Assembly: GCA_963782055.1 (NCBI GenBank)
Contig: CAWAIF010000003.1
Span: 2,080,001-2,144,000 of the forward strand
From: an uncultured delta proteobacterium
GTDB taxonomy: Bacteria > Myxococcota_A > Polyangia > Polyangiales > Polyangiaceae
Length of the DNA stretch: 64,000 nt
Direction: 5' to 3'
Made by a program: the position numbers and the translations under genes. Under the pieces are notes generated by a model. The model worked only from the letters and a program-made list of their open reading frames with translations, was not told the origin of the DNA and did not search any database. Below are positions 32,335-42,709 of the stretch, one piece after another (the first letter of the stretch is position 1; every line of letters begins with the position of its first letter).

Positions 32335-33615
32335 GTGCCGGCGACTCGCGACGCACAAGGGCGCCTCTGCCTGGGGGGCCTCGCGCTCGACCGCGTCCTC
32401 GACGATTCGGCGTCCGGGACGCCCGCCTACGTCTACGATCTCGACGCCATGGCGCTCGAGGCCACGCGCATGCGCGAGGCCTTCGAGGGGGCGGCGCACC
32501 TCGTCTGCTTCGCCGTGAAGGCCAACAGCGCCGGCCCGGTGGTGCGCGCCATCGCCTCCACCGGGTGCGGTGCGGACGTGGTGAGCGGGGCGGAGCTGCT
32601 CCTCGCGCTGCGCTGCGGCATCGACCCCGACCACGTCGTCATGAGCGGCGTCGCCAAGACCGACGAAGAGCTGGACCTCGCCATCGCGACCGGGCGCGAG
32701 GGCATCGGCGCCATCCAGGCGGAGAGCGTGGAGGAGGTCGCCCGGATCGAGGCGCGCGCACGGACGATCGGCCGGCCCGCGCGCGTCTCGCTGCGCATCA
32801 ACCCGGGCGTCGCGATCGAGGACCTGGACACCCACGTGCACGTGGCGACCGGCCACGACGAGGCCAAGTTCGGCATCGCCGCCGGCGATCTCGGCGTGGC
32901 GCTCTCGGAGGTCGACCGCGCCGCGCACGTCCAGCTCGTCGGCCTCGGGACTCACGTCGGCTCCCAGTTCACGACCACGACCGCGTACCTCGAGGCCGCC
33001 GGTATCCTCTTCGACCTCGCGAAGGACGTCCTCGCCACCCACCCGCTGCGCTTCCTCGACACCGGCGGCGGCTTCGGTGTGGACTACGGCGCGGGCTGTC
33101 CGGCCGCTCCCGCGGACTTCATCCGCGCCGCGACCCGGCTCGCCGGTTCGCGCGGCCTGGGCGATCTGCCCCTGCACATCGAGCCGGGCCGCTCGCTGGT
33201 GGCCCCGCACGGCCTGCTGGTGGCGCGCGTCATCCAGCGCAAGGAGCCGCCCTCCGGCGGGGAGCGACGCTGGCTCATGATCGACGCCGGCATGAACAAT
33301 CTCGTCCGCCCGGCCCTCTACCAGGCCCTCCACCGCATCGTCCCGCTCGCCGCCGTGCCCGGTCCCACGCTGCCGTGGCGCGTGGTGGGCCCCGTGTGCG
33401 AGAGCTCCGACGACTTCGGCACCCACGAGCTCCCGGTCGCGGCGTTCGATCGCGTGGCCATCCTGGATGCCGGGGCGTACGGCTACACCATGGCCAGCCG
33501 CTACAACGGCCGCCCGCTCCCCGCCGAGGTCTTCCTGCGGGCCGGCGCCGTCGCCGCCGTCGTGCCCCGCCGGGACCTGTCGGAGTGGGCGGACGAGCGC
33601 GCGTCGGTGCGGTGA
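32335..33615 (+). CDS. lysA: Diaminopimelate decarboxylase
   Basis: GTPAYVYD, FAVKAN, KFG, HVGSQ, GGGFG, EPGRSLV, DAGMNNLVRPALY, GPVCESSD, GAYGYTMASRYN. Confidence 0.93.
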   Translation: MPATRDAQGRLCLGGLALDRVLDDSASGTPAYVYDLDAMALEATRMREAFEGAAHLVCFAVKANSAGPVVRAIASTGCGADVVSGAELLLALRCGIDPDHVVMSGVAKTDEELDLAIATGREGIGAIQAESVEEVARIEARARTIGRPARVSLRINPGVAIEDLDTHVHVATGHDEAKFGIAAGDLGVALSEVDRAAHVQLVGLGTHVGSQFTTTTAYLEAAGILFDLAKDVLATHPLRFLDTGGGFGVDYGAGCPAAPADFIRAATRLAGSRGLGDLPLHIEPGRSLVAPHGLLVARVIQRKEPPSGGERRWLMIDAGMNNLVRPALYQALHRIVPLAAVPGPTLPWRVVGPVCESSDDFGTHELPVAAFDRVAILDAGAYGYTMASRYNGRPLPAEVFLRAGAVAAVVPRRDLSEWADERASVR

Positions 33616-33678
33616 TCTTCACCCGCCACGCCGAACGGCATGTCGCTTCGCGCGGGACTACACTTCGCCCGCTGCAAG

Positions 33679-36312
33679 ATGACCACAGCCCTCCACCACC
33701 ATCCTCCAGTCACGCCAGTCGCCCTGCGCGCGTGGCTCACCCTCGGGCTGTTCGTGCTCCTGGTCGCAGGATGCGCGCGCACGCGTCCCCCCGCGGTGGT
33801 GCATGCCGCAGTCGCGCCGCCGCGCCCTAGCCTGCTACTCGCCGACGGGGGCAAGGCGGTCATGCCCATCGTCATCGCCGCGGACGCCTCGGCGTCCACC
33901 CGTGGCGTCGCCGCGGAGCTGGCGGGCTACCTCCGCCGGATCAGCGGCGCCAGCTTCGAGGTGCAGAGCGGCAACGGCACGGCGGGGATCGTGCTCGGCA
34001 CGCTGGCCGAGTTTCCCGACCCCGCGCTCGTCGCGCCACTGCAGATCCGCGATGGGATCGACGGAAAGGAGGCCTACGCCATCCGCACCGAGCCCGGACG
34101 CCTGCGGCTCATCGGGGCGACGGATCTGGGCGTGTCGCACGCGGCGTTCCGCCTGCTGCAGGCCCTCGGTTGCCGGTGGTTCTTCCCGGCGAAGGAGTGG
34201 GAGATCGTGCCGCCCCGGCCCCACCTGACCGTCGGTCTGGACGAGACCTCCCGACCCGCCATCCTCTCCCGCCGTATCGGCTACGGCTACGGCTTCATGC
34301 GGGATCCGAAGAACCCGGAGGATTCGCGCAGGAGCAACGCCGACTTCGAGGCCTGGTGCCGGCACAACCTGATGGGCGACTCCTTCCACGTCTACGCCAG
34401 CCATGCGTGGCAGGCGATCATCGCCAAGCACAAGGCGGAGTTCGACGCGCACCCGGAGTACTACGCGATGGTCGACGGCAAGCGCCCGCCGTCCTCCAAG
34501 TTCGAAGTCGCGAATCCCGCCGTGCGAAGGATGGCCGTCGACTGGGCGCTGGACTACTTCCGCGCGCACCCCGACGCCGACATGGTCTCGCTCGAGCCGT
34601 CCGACGGCGGAGGCTTCTCCGAGAGCCCCGAGTCCACGGCGCTCGGCTCCGTGTCGGATCGGGTCTTCGGCCTGGCCAACGAGGCGGCGAGGGCCGTGCA
34701 GAAGGAGTTCCCGGGGAAGATGGTCGGCCTGCTTGCGTACGGCTGGCACTCCGACCCGCCGGACTTCGACCTGGAGCCCAACGTCTACGTGGAGCGCACC
34801 GCCGGCTTCACCTACAGCAAGCACTCCGCCGAGGAGCTCACCGCCCTCTGGGAGAAGCGCTCCCGTCACGTCGGCATCTACGAGTACTTCTCGGTGTGGC
34901 TCTGGGACTGGGACCTGCTCCCGGGCGGGCGAGGTGCCGACACTTTCTACCTCCGGCGGAAGATCCGCGGCTACGCCGACGCCCACGCGATGAGCATCAC
35001 CGCGGAGAGCAGCAACAGCTGGGGACCGAACGGGAGGGGCTACTACCTGGCCAGCAAGCTGATGTGGAATCCGGACGTCGACGCGCAGGCGGTGCTCGAC
35101 GACTTCTACGCGAAGGCCTTCGGCCCGGCGGCGCCCGCGATGCGCCGCTACTACGAGCGCCTCGACCCGGGCGGCGACCCGCTCCTCTCGAGCGACCTGC
35201 TCGCGCGTGCGTACCGCGACGTGGACGAGGCCAGCCGGCTGGCGAGGGCGCGTCCCGACGTCCAGGCGCGCCTCGACGACATCAAGCAGTACCTCCACTA
35301 CAACTACCTGCACTGGCGTCTGGACCGGACGAAGTCCGAGGAGGAGCGCAAGGCGCTGACCCTGGCGATCCTCACGCACCTTTACCGCACGCGGTACTCC
35401 TACATGAACCACTGGGAGGCGGTGCGGCAGTGGTGGACCCCGCGGGCGGCGAAGGAGTTCGACGAGCCGGCGTGGAGCTTCCGCGATCCCACGCCGGACA
35501 AGGCCTGGAGGGTCGCGGCCCCGCCGACCCACGAGGAGACGGAGAAGGCGTTCCGGGAGGGCCTGGCGTACTTCCAGCCGGAGCACGTCGTGCAGAAGTC
35601 GTTCTCCACCGACCTCGTCCCCGTGCAGTTCGACACCGGGCCGCACATCGCCAGCGTGCAGCAGTTCCAGCAGGGGCAGCGATACGCGCTCTACAGCCTA
35701 CACGGGGAGCCGCTGCGCCTGACCCTGGCCGCGGGGCTCATCGCGATCTACCGGGGCAAGCCGGACGCGCGCTACACGCTCACCGACGCGGCCGGCAAGG
35801 AGGTGGCCGCCGGGAGGTTGCCGCTCGATGGACAGAAGCGCGATCTGACCCTCACCGCGCCGCGCGCAGGGCTCTACTTCCTCGACGTGGACGACTCCGG
35901 CGCTGGCTGGCAGATCCGCCTGGAGGCGGATCGAGCGGCCTCGGTGGCCCTGTCGCGTACCCACGATCTCAGGTCGGCCGGCCTGATGCAGCACATGTAC
36001 TTCTACGTGCCGCGCGGGACGAAGACGATCGACTACTACTTCCGCGGCAAGCCGCACCACGTGCTCGGGCCGGACGGGAAGGTCGTCCAGGAGGTCGTTG
36101 TGCTCTCTGACTACGTGAGCGTCCCGGTGCCGCCGGGCCTCGACGGGAAGGTGTGGTCCTTCTCCGGGCTGGTACCGCGGAAGCTCGCGCTCCTCGACGT
36201 ACCCAACTACATCGCGGCGTCACCGGCGGCGCTGCTGGTACCCCGGGAGGTCGCGCGAGCCGACGGGCTCCGGATCCTCACTTCGGCACGGGAGGGATCA
36301 CCACGGCGTTGA
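33679..36312 (+). CDS. DUF4838-like large lipoprotein (GH20/GH67-type N-terminal domain, putative glycan-active)
   Basis: LLVAGC lipobox; AAELAGYLRRISGA...EAYAI...LGCRWFFP; HPEYYA; LASKLMWNP; FYAKAFGPAAPAMRRYY. The start is uncertain. Confidence 0.7.
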   Translation: MTTALHHHPPVTPVALRAWLTLGLFVLLVAGCARTRPPAVVHAAVAPPRPSLLLADGGKAVMPIVIAADASASTRGVAAELAGYLRRISGASFEVQSGNGTAGIVLGTLAEFPDPALVAPLQIRDGIDGKEAYAIRTEPGRLRLIGATDLGVSHAAFRLLQALGCRWFFPAKEWEIVPPRPHLTVGLDETSRPAILSRRIGYGYGFMRDPKNPEDSRRSNADFEAWCRHNLMGDSFHVYASHAWQAIIAKHKAEFDAHPEYYAMVDGKRPPSSKFEVANPAVRRMAVDWALDYFRAHPDADMVSLEPSDGGGFSESPESTALGSVSDRVFGLANEAARAVQKEFPGKMVGLLAYGWHSDPPDFDLEPNVYVERTAGFTYSKHSAEELTALWEKRSRHVGIYEYFSVWLWDWDLLPGGRGADTFYLRRKIRGYADAHAMSITAESSNSWGPNGRGYYLASKLMWNPDVDAQAVLDDFYAKAFGPAAPAMRRYYERLDPGGDPLLSSDLLARAYRDVDEASRLARARPDVQARLDDIKQYLHYNYLHWRLDRTKSEEERKALTLAILTHLYRTRYSYMNHWEAVRQWWTPRAAKEFDEPAWSFRDPTPDKAWRVAAPPTHEETEKAFREGLAYFQPEHVVQKSFSTDLVPVQFDTGPHIASVQQFQQGQRYALYSLHGEPLRLTLAAGLIAIYRGKPDARYTLTDAAGKEVAAGRLPLDGQKRDLTLTAPRAGLYFLDVDDSGAGWQIRLEADRAASVALSRTHDLRSAGLMQHMYFYVPRGTKTIDYYFRGKPHHVLGPDGKVVQEVVVLSDYVSVPVPPGLDGKVWSFSGLVPRKLALLDVPNYIAASPAALLVPREVARADGLRILTSAREGSPRR

Positions 36313-38077
36313 TCGGCTGGATGTTCATGCCCGCGGGGAAGGAGTAGGAGACGTTGGACGTGAAGGTGCTGGTGAGCGGCGTGCCCCAGCCCCAGACGTG
36401 CAGGCCGAAGGCCCCGTCGGAGCTCATCTCGTGGCGGCCCGTCGAGCACTTGCCGACGTTCTGGAAGTCGCCGGTGATGAGGTCCTGCCGCGTCCACTCG
36501 TAGTCGCCGACCGTCTGCCACCCGCCGAGCACCCCCGCGCAGTCCAGCGTGACGTCGTGGAAGTTGCCCTTGTCGTCCTTCTTGCGGATGACGACGAGGT
36601 TCGTCTCCGGGAAGGTGGGGTCCGTCATGAAGACGTAGTTGGTCATGAACTGCGCGGGCGGCGCCACGTAGGAGAAGTCGGCGTCGCCGTAGCCGCCGGT
36701 GTTCTTCATCTGCGTCCACTGCGAGCCGCTCATGTACTCGAAGAGCATGAAGGGGTGCTTGTCGTCCTGGCTCTTGACCACGAACGGCGCGCCCGTGATG
36801 AACTCGCTGTAGCTACCCTGGTTGAGCGACGCGGGCGCGCCGCTCACCTGCGGCGAGTAGGTGAGGGTGGTGCCGTCCACCGCGCCCACCACGCGCCAGA
36901 TCGCCGGCTCGCCGGTGCGCGAGCGGTACATCACGCCGACGTACTCGCTCGCCATCGCGCGCACCGGCGGGATCATCTGCTCGCCGTGGTCCGCGTAGGC
37001 CGTGCCGACCGGGATGCGCATGCCCGGGTTGCCGGCCATCACCCCGATGGGCTTGTCCGAGGAGATGACGCTCCCGATGAGGTCCGCCTTCTGCGAGAGC
37101 TGCGCCTCCTGCCCCTTGTTCAGCGTGAAGGTCGCCGGGGTGTTCGCCGCGCTGCTGGGGAGCCCGCCGCCTCCGGCGAGCGCCACCTTCGGCAGGATGG
37201 TGACCTTCGTCGCGTCCTGGGCGGCGATGATGTTGACCTCTGGGTTGTAGAGGTCCGCCGAGGCGGTGGTGGCGATGTAGTTGGTGTCCCTCGCGCTCAC
37301 CGGGAGCAGCAGCGACGCGCCGGTGACCGCGACGTTGCCGCCGCCGTAGGGGTTGATCTGGTACATCACGACCGGCACGTCGGTCGTGACGTGGAAGGAG
37401 CTGCCCTTGCCGTTGCCGATGACCATCGGCGCGGTGCCCTTGGCGCTGGCGATGGGGCAGCTCGGGACGTTGCCCGGACCGTTGCCGCCCAGGAAGAGGA
37501 TGGCCACCTCCCCCGCGGGCAGGCCGCTGTTGGCGTCGTAGGGCTGGTACGTCAGGTTCTTGCCCTGACCCTGCGGGATGCGCGCGAAGCCGGCGACCGA
37601 GAGGGTGGAGCCCTGGTACTCGACGCCGATCTTCGCCGGGCCGTTCCAGGTGTTGGCGACGAAGGCGGCGTAGCAGTAGCCCGCGCCCACGTCGGACTCC
37701 ATGTCGGTGGCGTAGTACTCGCAGCCCACCGACTGCTTGTTGTTCACCGCGGCGTCGCAGGCGTTGGTGCACTGCACCTTGGAGATGTCGCAGCCGTTGG
37801 TGCCCGTGCACGTCTGGACCGTCTGGCCGTTGCAGTCGACGATGCTGTGCAAATCGTTGGAGCAGCGCGACGCGCAGCCGCCCCCGTCGGAGCCGCCGGT
37901 GTCGCCGAAGCCGAACGCGTCGTCGATGGTGAGGACATCGCTCGCCCCGGAGTCCTGGTCGGGCGTGCCGCCGTCGCCGAAGGTGCTGTTGCCGGAGGAG
38001 CCGCAGCCGGACGCCCAGCACGCCGCGGCCGCCACCCCCGCCGCCGTCAACCCGAGCCAAGCACCTCTCGCCCGCAT
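36278..38077 (-). CDS. IgGFc-binding-protein N-terminal-domain lipoprotein (intact paralogue)
   Basis: GGAGG RBS; WASGC lipobox; SVGCEYY, ASLLLPVSA, IAAQDATKVT, GSVISSDKPIGV, DHGEQMIPP. Confidence 0.85.
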   Translation of the reverse strand: MRARGAWLGLTAAGVAAAACWASGCGSSGNSTFGDGGTPDQDSGASDVLTIDDAFGFGDTGGSDGGGCASRCSNDLHSIVDCNGQTVQTCTGTNGCDISKVQCTNACDAAVNNKQSVGCEYYATDMESDVGAGYCYAAFVANTWNGPAKIGVEYQGSTLSVAGFARIPQGQGKNLTYQPYDANSGLPAGEVAILFLGGNGPGNVPSCPIASAKGTAPMVIGNGKGSSFHVTTDVPVVMYQINPYGGGNVAVTGASLLLPVSARDTNYIATTASADLYNPEVNIIAAQDATKVTILPKVALAGGGGLPSSAANTPATFTLNKGQEAQLSQKADLIGSVISSDKPIGVMAGNPGMRIPVGTAYADHGEQMIPPVRAMASEYVGVMYRSRTGEPAIWRVVGAVDGTTLTYSPQVSGAPASLNQGSYSEFITGAPFVVKSQDDKHPFMLFEYMSGSQWTQMKNTGGYGDADFSYVAPPAQFMTNYVFMTDPTFPETNLVVIRKKDDKGNFHDVTLDCAGVLGGWQTVGDYEWTRQDLITGDFQNVGKCSTGRHEMSSDGAFGLHVWGWGTPLTSTFTSNVSYSFPAGMNIQPINAVVIPPVPK

Positions 38078-38127
38078 CGCCGCACCTCCGGTGAGCGATT
38101 CTAGCACCCCCCCGCCGGGGGAGCGGG

Positions 38128-38514
38128 TCAGGACGAGGCCTTGACGTGCTCCTCGTACGCCTTCTTGTCCAGCAGGCCGGCGGGGGCGCCGCTCGTCTCG
38201 ATGACGACCATCCACGCCTTGCCGTAGCAGTCCTCGTTCACCAGCTCCGGCTTGTCGGTGAGCGCGCCGTTGATGGCGACCACCTTGCCGGCCACGGGCG
38301 CAAACAAATCGCTCAGGGTCTTGACGCTCTCGATGGTGCCGAACGCCTTGCCCTCGGTGAGCGTGTCTCCCACCTTCACGTCCAGGTTGACGAGGGTGAT
38401 GTCGCCGAGCTGCTCGACGGCGAACCCGGTGATGCCGACGGTGACCTTGCCGGCCTCGACCTTCGCCCACTCGTGGTCCTTGGTGTAGAGGAGGCCCTCG
38501 GGAAATTCGCTCAT
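38128..38514 (-). CDS. gcvH: Glycine cleavage system H protein
   Basis: YTKDHEW, VGITGFAVEQLGDI, lipoyl-Lys motif ESVK, PELVNEDCYGKAW. Confidence 0.96.
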   Translation of the reverse strand: MSEFPEGLLYTKDHEWAKVEAGKVTVGITGFAVEQLGDITLVNLDVKVGDTLTEGKAFGTIESVKTLSDLFAPVAGKVVAINGALTDKPELVNEDCYGKAWMVVIETSGAPAGLLDKKAYEEHVKASS

Positions 38515-38539
38515 CGATGTCTCTCCTGCGCTCGGTGGG

Positions 38540-39652
38540 TCACTTGGCCCGCTTGTAGAAGGGGGTGGGCACGACCACCGCCTCGACGTTCTTGCCGCGG
38601 CAGTCGACCAAAAACTTCTGGCCGACCTCCGTCATCGCCGTGGGGAGATAGCCGAGGCCGAGGTTCTTGCCAACGGTGGGGCAGGGGCTGCCGCTCGTGC
38701 AGACGCCCACGTCCTTGCCGTCCGCGTCGCGCAGCACGTAGCCGTGCCGGGCGATGCCCCGGCCCACCATCTCGAAGCCGGCGAGCTTGCGCGGCAAGGG
38801 CTTCCCCTTGATCTCGGCGAGGGCCGCCTTGCCGACGAAGTCGCTCGCCTTCTGGAGCTTGACCACCCAGCCGAGGCCCGCCTCGATCGGGTTGGTCGTC
38901 TCGTCGATGTCGTTGCCGTACAGGGAGAGGCGCGCCTCGAGGCGCAGCGTGTCGCGCGCGCCCAGGCCGGCGGGCTTGATGCCCAGATCCTTGCCGAGGA
39001 GCATGAGCTGGTCCCAGAGCTTCGGCGCGTCGTCCCAGGCGCAGAAGATCTCCACGCCGTCCTCCCCGGTGTAGCCGGTGCGGGCGACGGTGCAGCGCAC
39101 GTCGGCGACGACGGCGTCGCGGAAGTGGAAGCTCTTGAGCTCGGAGAGCTTCGCCGCGTCCGCCCCGCAGCGGGCGAGCACCTCGAACGCCTTCGGCCCC
39201 TGCAGGGCGATGAGCGCGGTCTCGTCGCTGACGTCGCGGTAGTCGCAGTGGTTCTCCGCCGCCTTGCGGAAGACCTCGGTGATCTTCGCGCGGTTGGAGG
39301 CGTTGCAGACGATGAGGAAGCGGTCGGCGGCCGCGCGGTAGACGATGAGGTCGTCCAGGATGGTGCCCTTCGCGTTGCACGCGCACGTGTAGAGCGCCTG
39401 GCCGTCCACCAGCTTCGACACGTCGTTGGTGACCAGGTAGTCGACCACCTGCCCGGCGTACTCGCCGCGCATCTCAATCTCGCCCATGTGGGAGACGTCG
39501 AAGAGCCCGCAGGCGGTGCGGACGGCCTGGTGCTCGTCGGTGATGCCCGTGTATTGTACAGGCATCTCGAAGCCGGCGAAGGGCACCAGGCGCCCCCCGG
39601 CCTTGACGTGGGCATCGTACAGGGAGGTTCGGCGGAGGGTCTCGTCGCTCAT
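38540..39652 (-). CDS. gcvT: Glycine cleavage system aminomethyltransferase T
   Basis: FAGFEMPVQY, GLFDVSHMGE, ALQGP, RTGYTGEDG, GLGARDTLRLEA, LYGND. Confidence 0.96.
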   Translation of the reverse strand: MSDETLRRTSLYDAHVKAGGRLVPFAGFEMPVQYTGITDEHQAVRTACGLFDVSHMGEIEMRGEYAGQVVDYLVTNDVSKLVDGQALYTCACNAKGTILDDLIVYRAAADRFLIVCNASNRAKITEVFRKAAENHCDYRDVSDETALIALQGPKAFEVLARCGADAAKLSELKSFHFRDAVVADVRCTVARTGYTGEDGVEIFCAWDDAPKLWDQLMLLGKDLGIKPAGLGARDTLRLEARLSLYGNDIDETTNPIEAGLGWVVKLQKASDFVGKAALAEIKGKPLPRKLAGFEMVGRGIARHGYVLRDADGKDVGVCTSGSPCPTVGKNLGLGYLPTAMTEVGQKFLVDCRGKNVEAVVVPTPFYKRAK

Positions 39653-39697
39653 CGGAGTGGGGCGCAGCCTAGACGGGCCGGGCTCGCCGGTCGAGCG

Positions 39698-40174
39698 TCA
39701 GAAGCGCGCGGCGAGCGAAATGCCCGCGAAGGTGGGTGCCACGGTGGGGGTGAGCACCAGCGCGGCGCGCCGCGCCCCCGTCGGCTCCAGGAAGTGCCAC
39801 ACCAGCCCGGTGATGAGCGCCGTGCCGCCCGCGGCCGCCATGACCACGCCGATGACGTTCATGGCGTGCTCGCCGTCCACGTTGGTCTGCAGGTGTGTCG
39901 CGTCGACGCCCGCCGGGCACACGACCTGGGGGCTGGTCGAGCAGCCCTTCTCGTTCGCCTCCGTCTGGGCGTCGTCGTTCGCCTTGGCGGCGCCCACGAA
40001 GGACAGCGCCCCGATGGCGGCCACCCCCGCGCCCACGCCCGCGAGGATCCAGGGCGCGGCGGTGTGGTGCCGCTCCGGCTGCGGCGCCGGCGGACCTGAA
40101 TCGTCTGCGCGGGCCTGCACCGCTTGCGCGAGCACCAGCCCCAGCGCGCCCACCAACACCGGCAGTTTCTTCAT
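39698..40174 (-). CDS. Small exported protein with hydrophobic hairpin (PEGA-protein C-terminus-like)
   Basis: AAGGAG RBS, signal peptide MKKL...QARA, two hydrophobic helices and C-terminal LAARF. Confidence 0.65.
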   Translation of the reverse strand: MKKLPVLVGALGLVLAQAVQARADDSGPPAPQPERHHTAAPWILAGVGAGVAAIGALSFVGAAKANDDAQTEANEKGCSTSPQVVCPAGVDATHLQTNVDGEHAMNVIGVVMAAAGGTALITGLVWHFLEPTGARRAALVLTPTVAPTFAGISLAARF

Positions 40175-40248
40175 CACCTGGCTCCTTGCGGGCGCCAGGT
40201 GCATCGGCCACGCCACCTTCGCAGGTCAGCGTCCGCGCGGAGTCGCCC

Positions 40249-41343
40249 TCAGTTGCACGTCACGCTGTTGATGATGGTTCCCGCGCCGTGGTTCGCGAGG
40301 ATGCTCGTGCTCTGGTAGTAGACCGCGATGTTCACCCCGTACTCCGGCATCGTCCCGAGGTTGGTGCCGTAGCTGCCCCCCCAGCAGGGGAAGCCGCCGG
40401 TGGCCTGGGCAGTCGCCGTGGTGAAGCTCGCCGCGGTGGAGGCGGAGTTACCCGTCAGCAGCTTGCAGTACAGGTCGGCGTCGGCCTGATCGCAGCCGGA
40501 GCCGCCCGCCCAGGTGCAGGAGCCGTTGCAGTACAGCTGCGGCACCTTGGAGAAGTCGAACTTGCACTCGTTGGTCGACCCGCCCGGACGGCAGGTGATC
40601 TGGTTGCCCGCCGGGACGCCGAGCGTGCCGTCGCACCGCTCGCCGTTGTCGATGACGCCGTTGCCGCAGAGGGTGGCGGCGCACTTGCCCTGCACGCAGA
40701 CCGGCGTCTGCGAGGGGCACACGGTGCCGCACGTGCCGCAGTTGCTCTCGTCGGACGTGAGGTCGGCCTCGCAGCCGTCGGTCGCCTGCTTGTTGCAGTC
40801 GTCCCAGCCCTGATCGCAGGAGCCCACGCCGCACGCGCCGGCCACGCACCCCGGCTGCCCGTGGTCGATCGCCGCGTCGCAGACGGTGCCGCACGAGCCG
40901 CAGTTGTTGTCGTCGGTCTGCGGGTTCACGCAGGCGAGGCCGGCGTCGACGCCGGCGTCGTCGGCGGTGTCGCAGGGCGTCTCCGGCGCGGTGCACTTGA
41001 GCGTGCACTTGCCGGCGACGCAGGAGAGGCCCTGCGGGCAGGCCTGCGCGCACGCGCCGCAGTTCTTGTCGTCTGCGAGCAGGTCGATGCAGTCGTTGCC
41101 ACACTTGTTCTCGGTGGCGGCGCACGAGGACGAGCAGACGCCCTTGTCGCACACCTCGCCGGCCTTGCACCCCGCGTCGCAGGGGGTGCCGGAGGGCGCG
41201 TCGCTCGGGCCGGCGTCGCCGCCGCCACCGGCGTCGCCGGGGAGGTCGGCGACCTTTCCGGTGGCGCACCCCGACGCGAAGCAGACGGCGGCGAAGAGCG
41301 CGGCCCCGGCCACGGCGAGGACGCGAGGAAGGCGAGGCTTCAT
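40249..41343 (-). CDS. Cys-rich lipoprotein with Stig1-like and myxobacterial Cys repeats
   Basis: FASGC lipobox, three DxxNCGxCxxxC repeats and CGNGVIDNGERCDG. Confidence 0.82.
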   Translation of the reverse strand: MKPRLPRVLAVAGAALFAAVCFASGCATGKVADLPGDAGGGGDAGPSDAPSGTPCDAGCKAGEVCDKGVCSSSCAATENKCGNDCIDLLADDKNCGACAQACPQGLSCVAGKCTLKCTAPETPCDTADDAGVDAGLACVNPQTDDNNCGSCGTVCDAAIDHGQPGCVAGACGVGSCDQGWDDCNKQATDGCEADLTSDESNCGTCGTVCPSQTPVCVQGKCAATLCGNGVIDNGERCDGTLGVPAGNQITCRPGGSTNECKFDFSKVPQLYCNGSCTWAGGSGCDQADADLYCKLLTGNSASTAASFTTATAQATGGFPCWGGSYGTNLGTMPEYGVNIAVYYQSTSILANHGAGTIINSVTCN

Positions 41344-42709
41344 GGGATCCTCAGTGCGGGGTGGGCGGGATGACGACGGTGTTGATGGGCTGGACGTTCA
41401 TCCCGCCGGGGTACGCGTAGGAGACGTTCTCGGTGAAGATGCTGGTCTTGGGCGTGCCCCAGCCCCAGACCCAGAGGCCGAAGGGCGCCTTGCTCTCGAG
41501 CTCGTGGCGGCCGTTGGAGCAGCCATTGACGCTCTGGAAGTCGCCGGTGGAGACGTCCTGCCGCGTCCACTCGTAGTCGCCGACCGCCTTCCATCCGGTC
41601 AGGGGGGACTTGAGGCAGTCGAGGGTGACGTCCTGGAACTGGTTGTTTTCGTCCTTGCGGCGCACCACCACCAGGTTGGTCTCCGGGAAGGTGGGGTCCG
41701 TCATGATGACGTACTGGTTCATGTACTGCTGCGGCGGGACCATGACGGAGAAGTCGGGATCGCCGTAGCCGCTCTTGTCCTGCATCTGCGTCCAGTTGGA
41801 GCCGCTCATGTAGGCGAAGAGCTCGAAGGGGTGCTTGTCGTCCTGGCTCTTCACGACGAAGGGCGTGCCCGTCGTGAACTCGACCATCTGGCCTTCCTTC
41901 ACTGTGGCCGGGGCGCCGGCGATCTGCGGGGTGTAGGTGAGCTTGGTGCCGTCCACCGCGCCGACGACGCGCCAGATGGCCGGCTCGCCGGCGCGCGGCC
42001 GGTACATCACGCCGACGTACTCGCTGCCCAGGGCGCGCACCGGCGGGATCATCTGCTCGCCGTGGTCGCAGAAGATGGTGCCCTGCGGCATGTTCATGCA
42101 CGGGTTGCCCGCCATCACCCCGATGGGCGCGGTGGAGGAGATGACGCTCCCGACGAGGTCGGCGCTCTGCTTGATCTGCGCCTGCCCGCCCTTGTTCAGG
42201 GTGAAGGTCACCGGCGAGTTGGCGCCCGCGGAGGGGATCCCGTTGCCGCCGGCCAGCGCGACGCTGGGGAGGAAGGTGATCTTGTTGTTGTCGGTCGCCG
42301 AGATGATGTTGATCGACGGGGCGTCGACCGTCTGCGGCGAGGCGGTGGAGGCGATGTAGTTGGTGTCCCACGCGCTGACGGGCAGGAGCAGCGAGGCGCC
42401 GGTGACGGCGACGCTGCCGCCGCCGTAGGGGTTCATCTCGTAGGCGACGACGGGGACGTCGGTGGTGATGTGGAAGGAGTGGCCCCCGTTGCCCGAGCCG
42501 CCGGACGGCGCGTACATCGCCGCGGTGCCCTGGAAGGTGGGCGCCGGGCAGAGCGGCTTGGCGCCCTGGTTGCCGCCGAGGAAGACGATGGCGACCTCGC
42601 CCGCGGCCAGGCCGGTGGCGGAGCTGTAGGCCTGGTAGGTGAGGCTCGCCCCGGAGCCCTGCGGGATGCGCGTGAAGTTGTCGATGTTGGTGACCTTGGT
42701 GCCGTTGAA

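Noticed and set aside
37289..37291. AGG (Arg) in the intact IgGFc paralogue where the other copy has TGG (Trp): PVSARDTNY versus PVSAWDTNY
   Set aside because: A single substitution; sequencing error, neutral change and damaging change cannot be distinguished without reads and an alignment.
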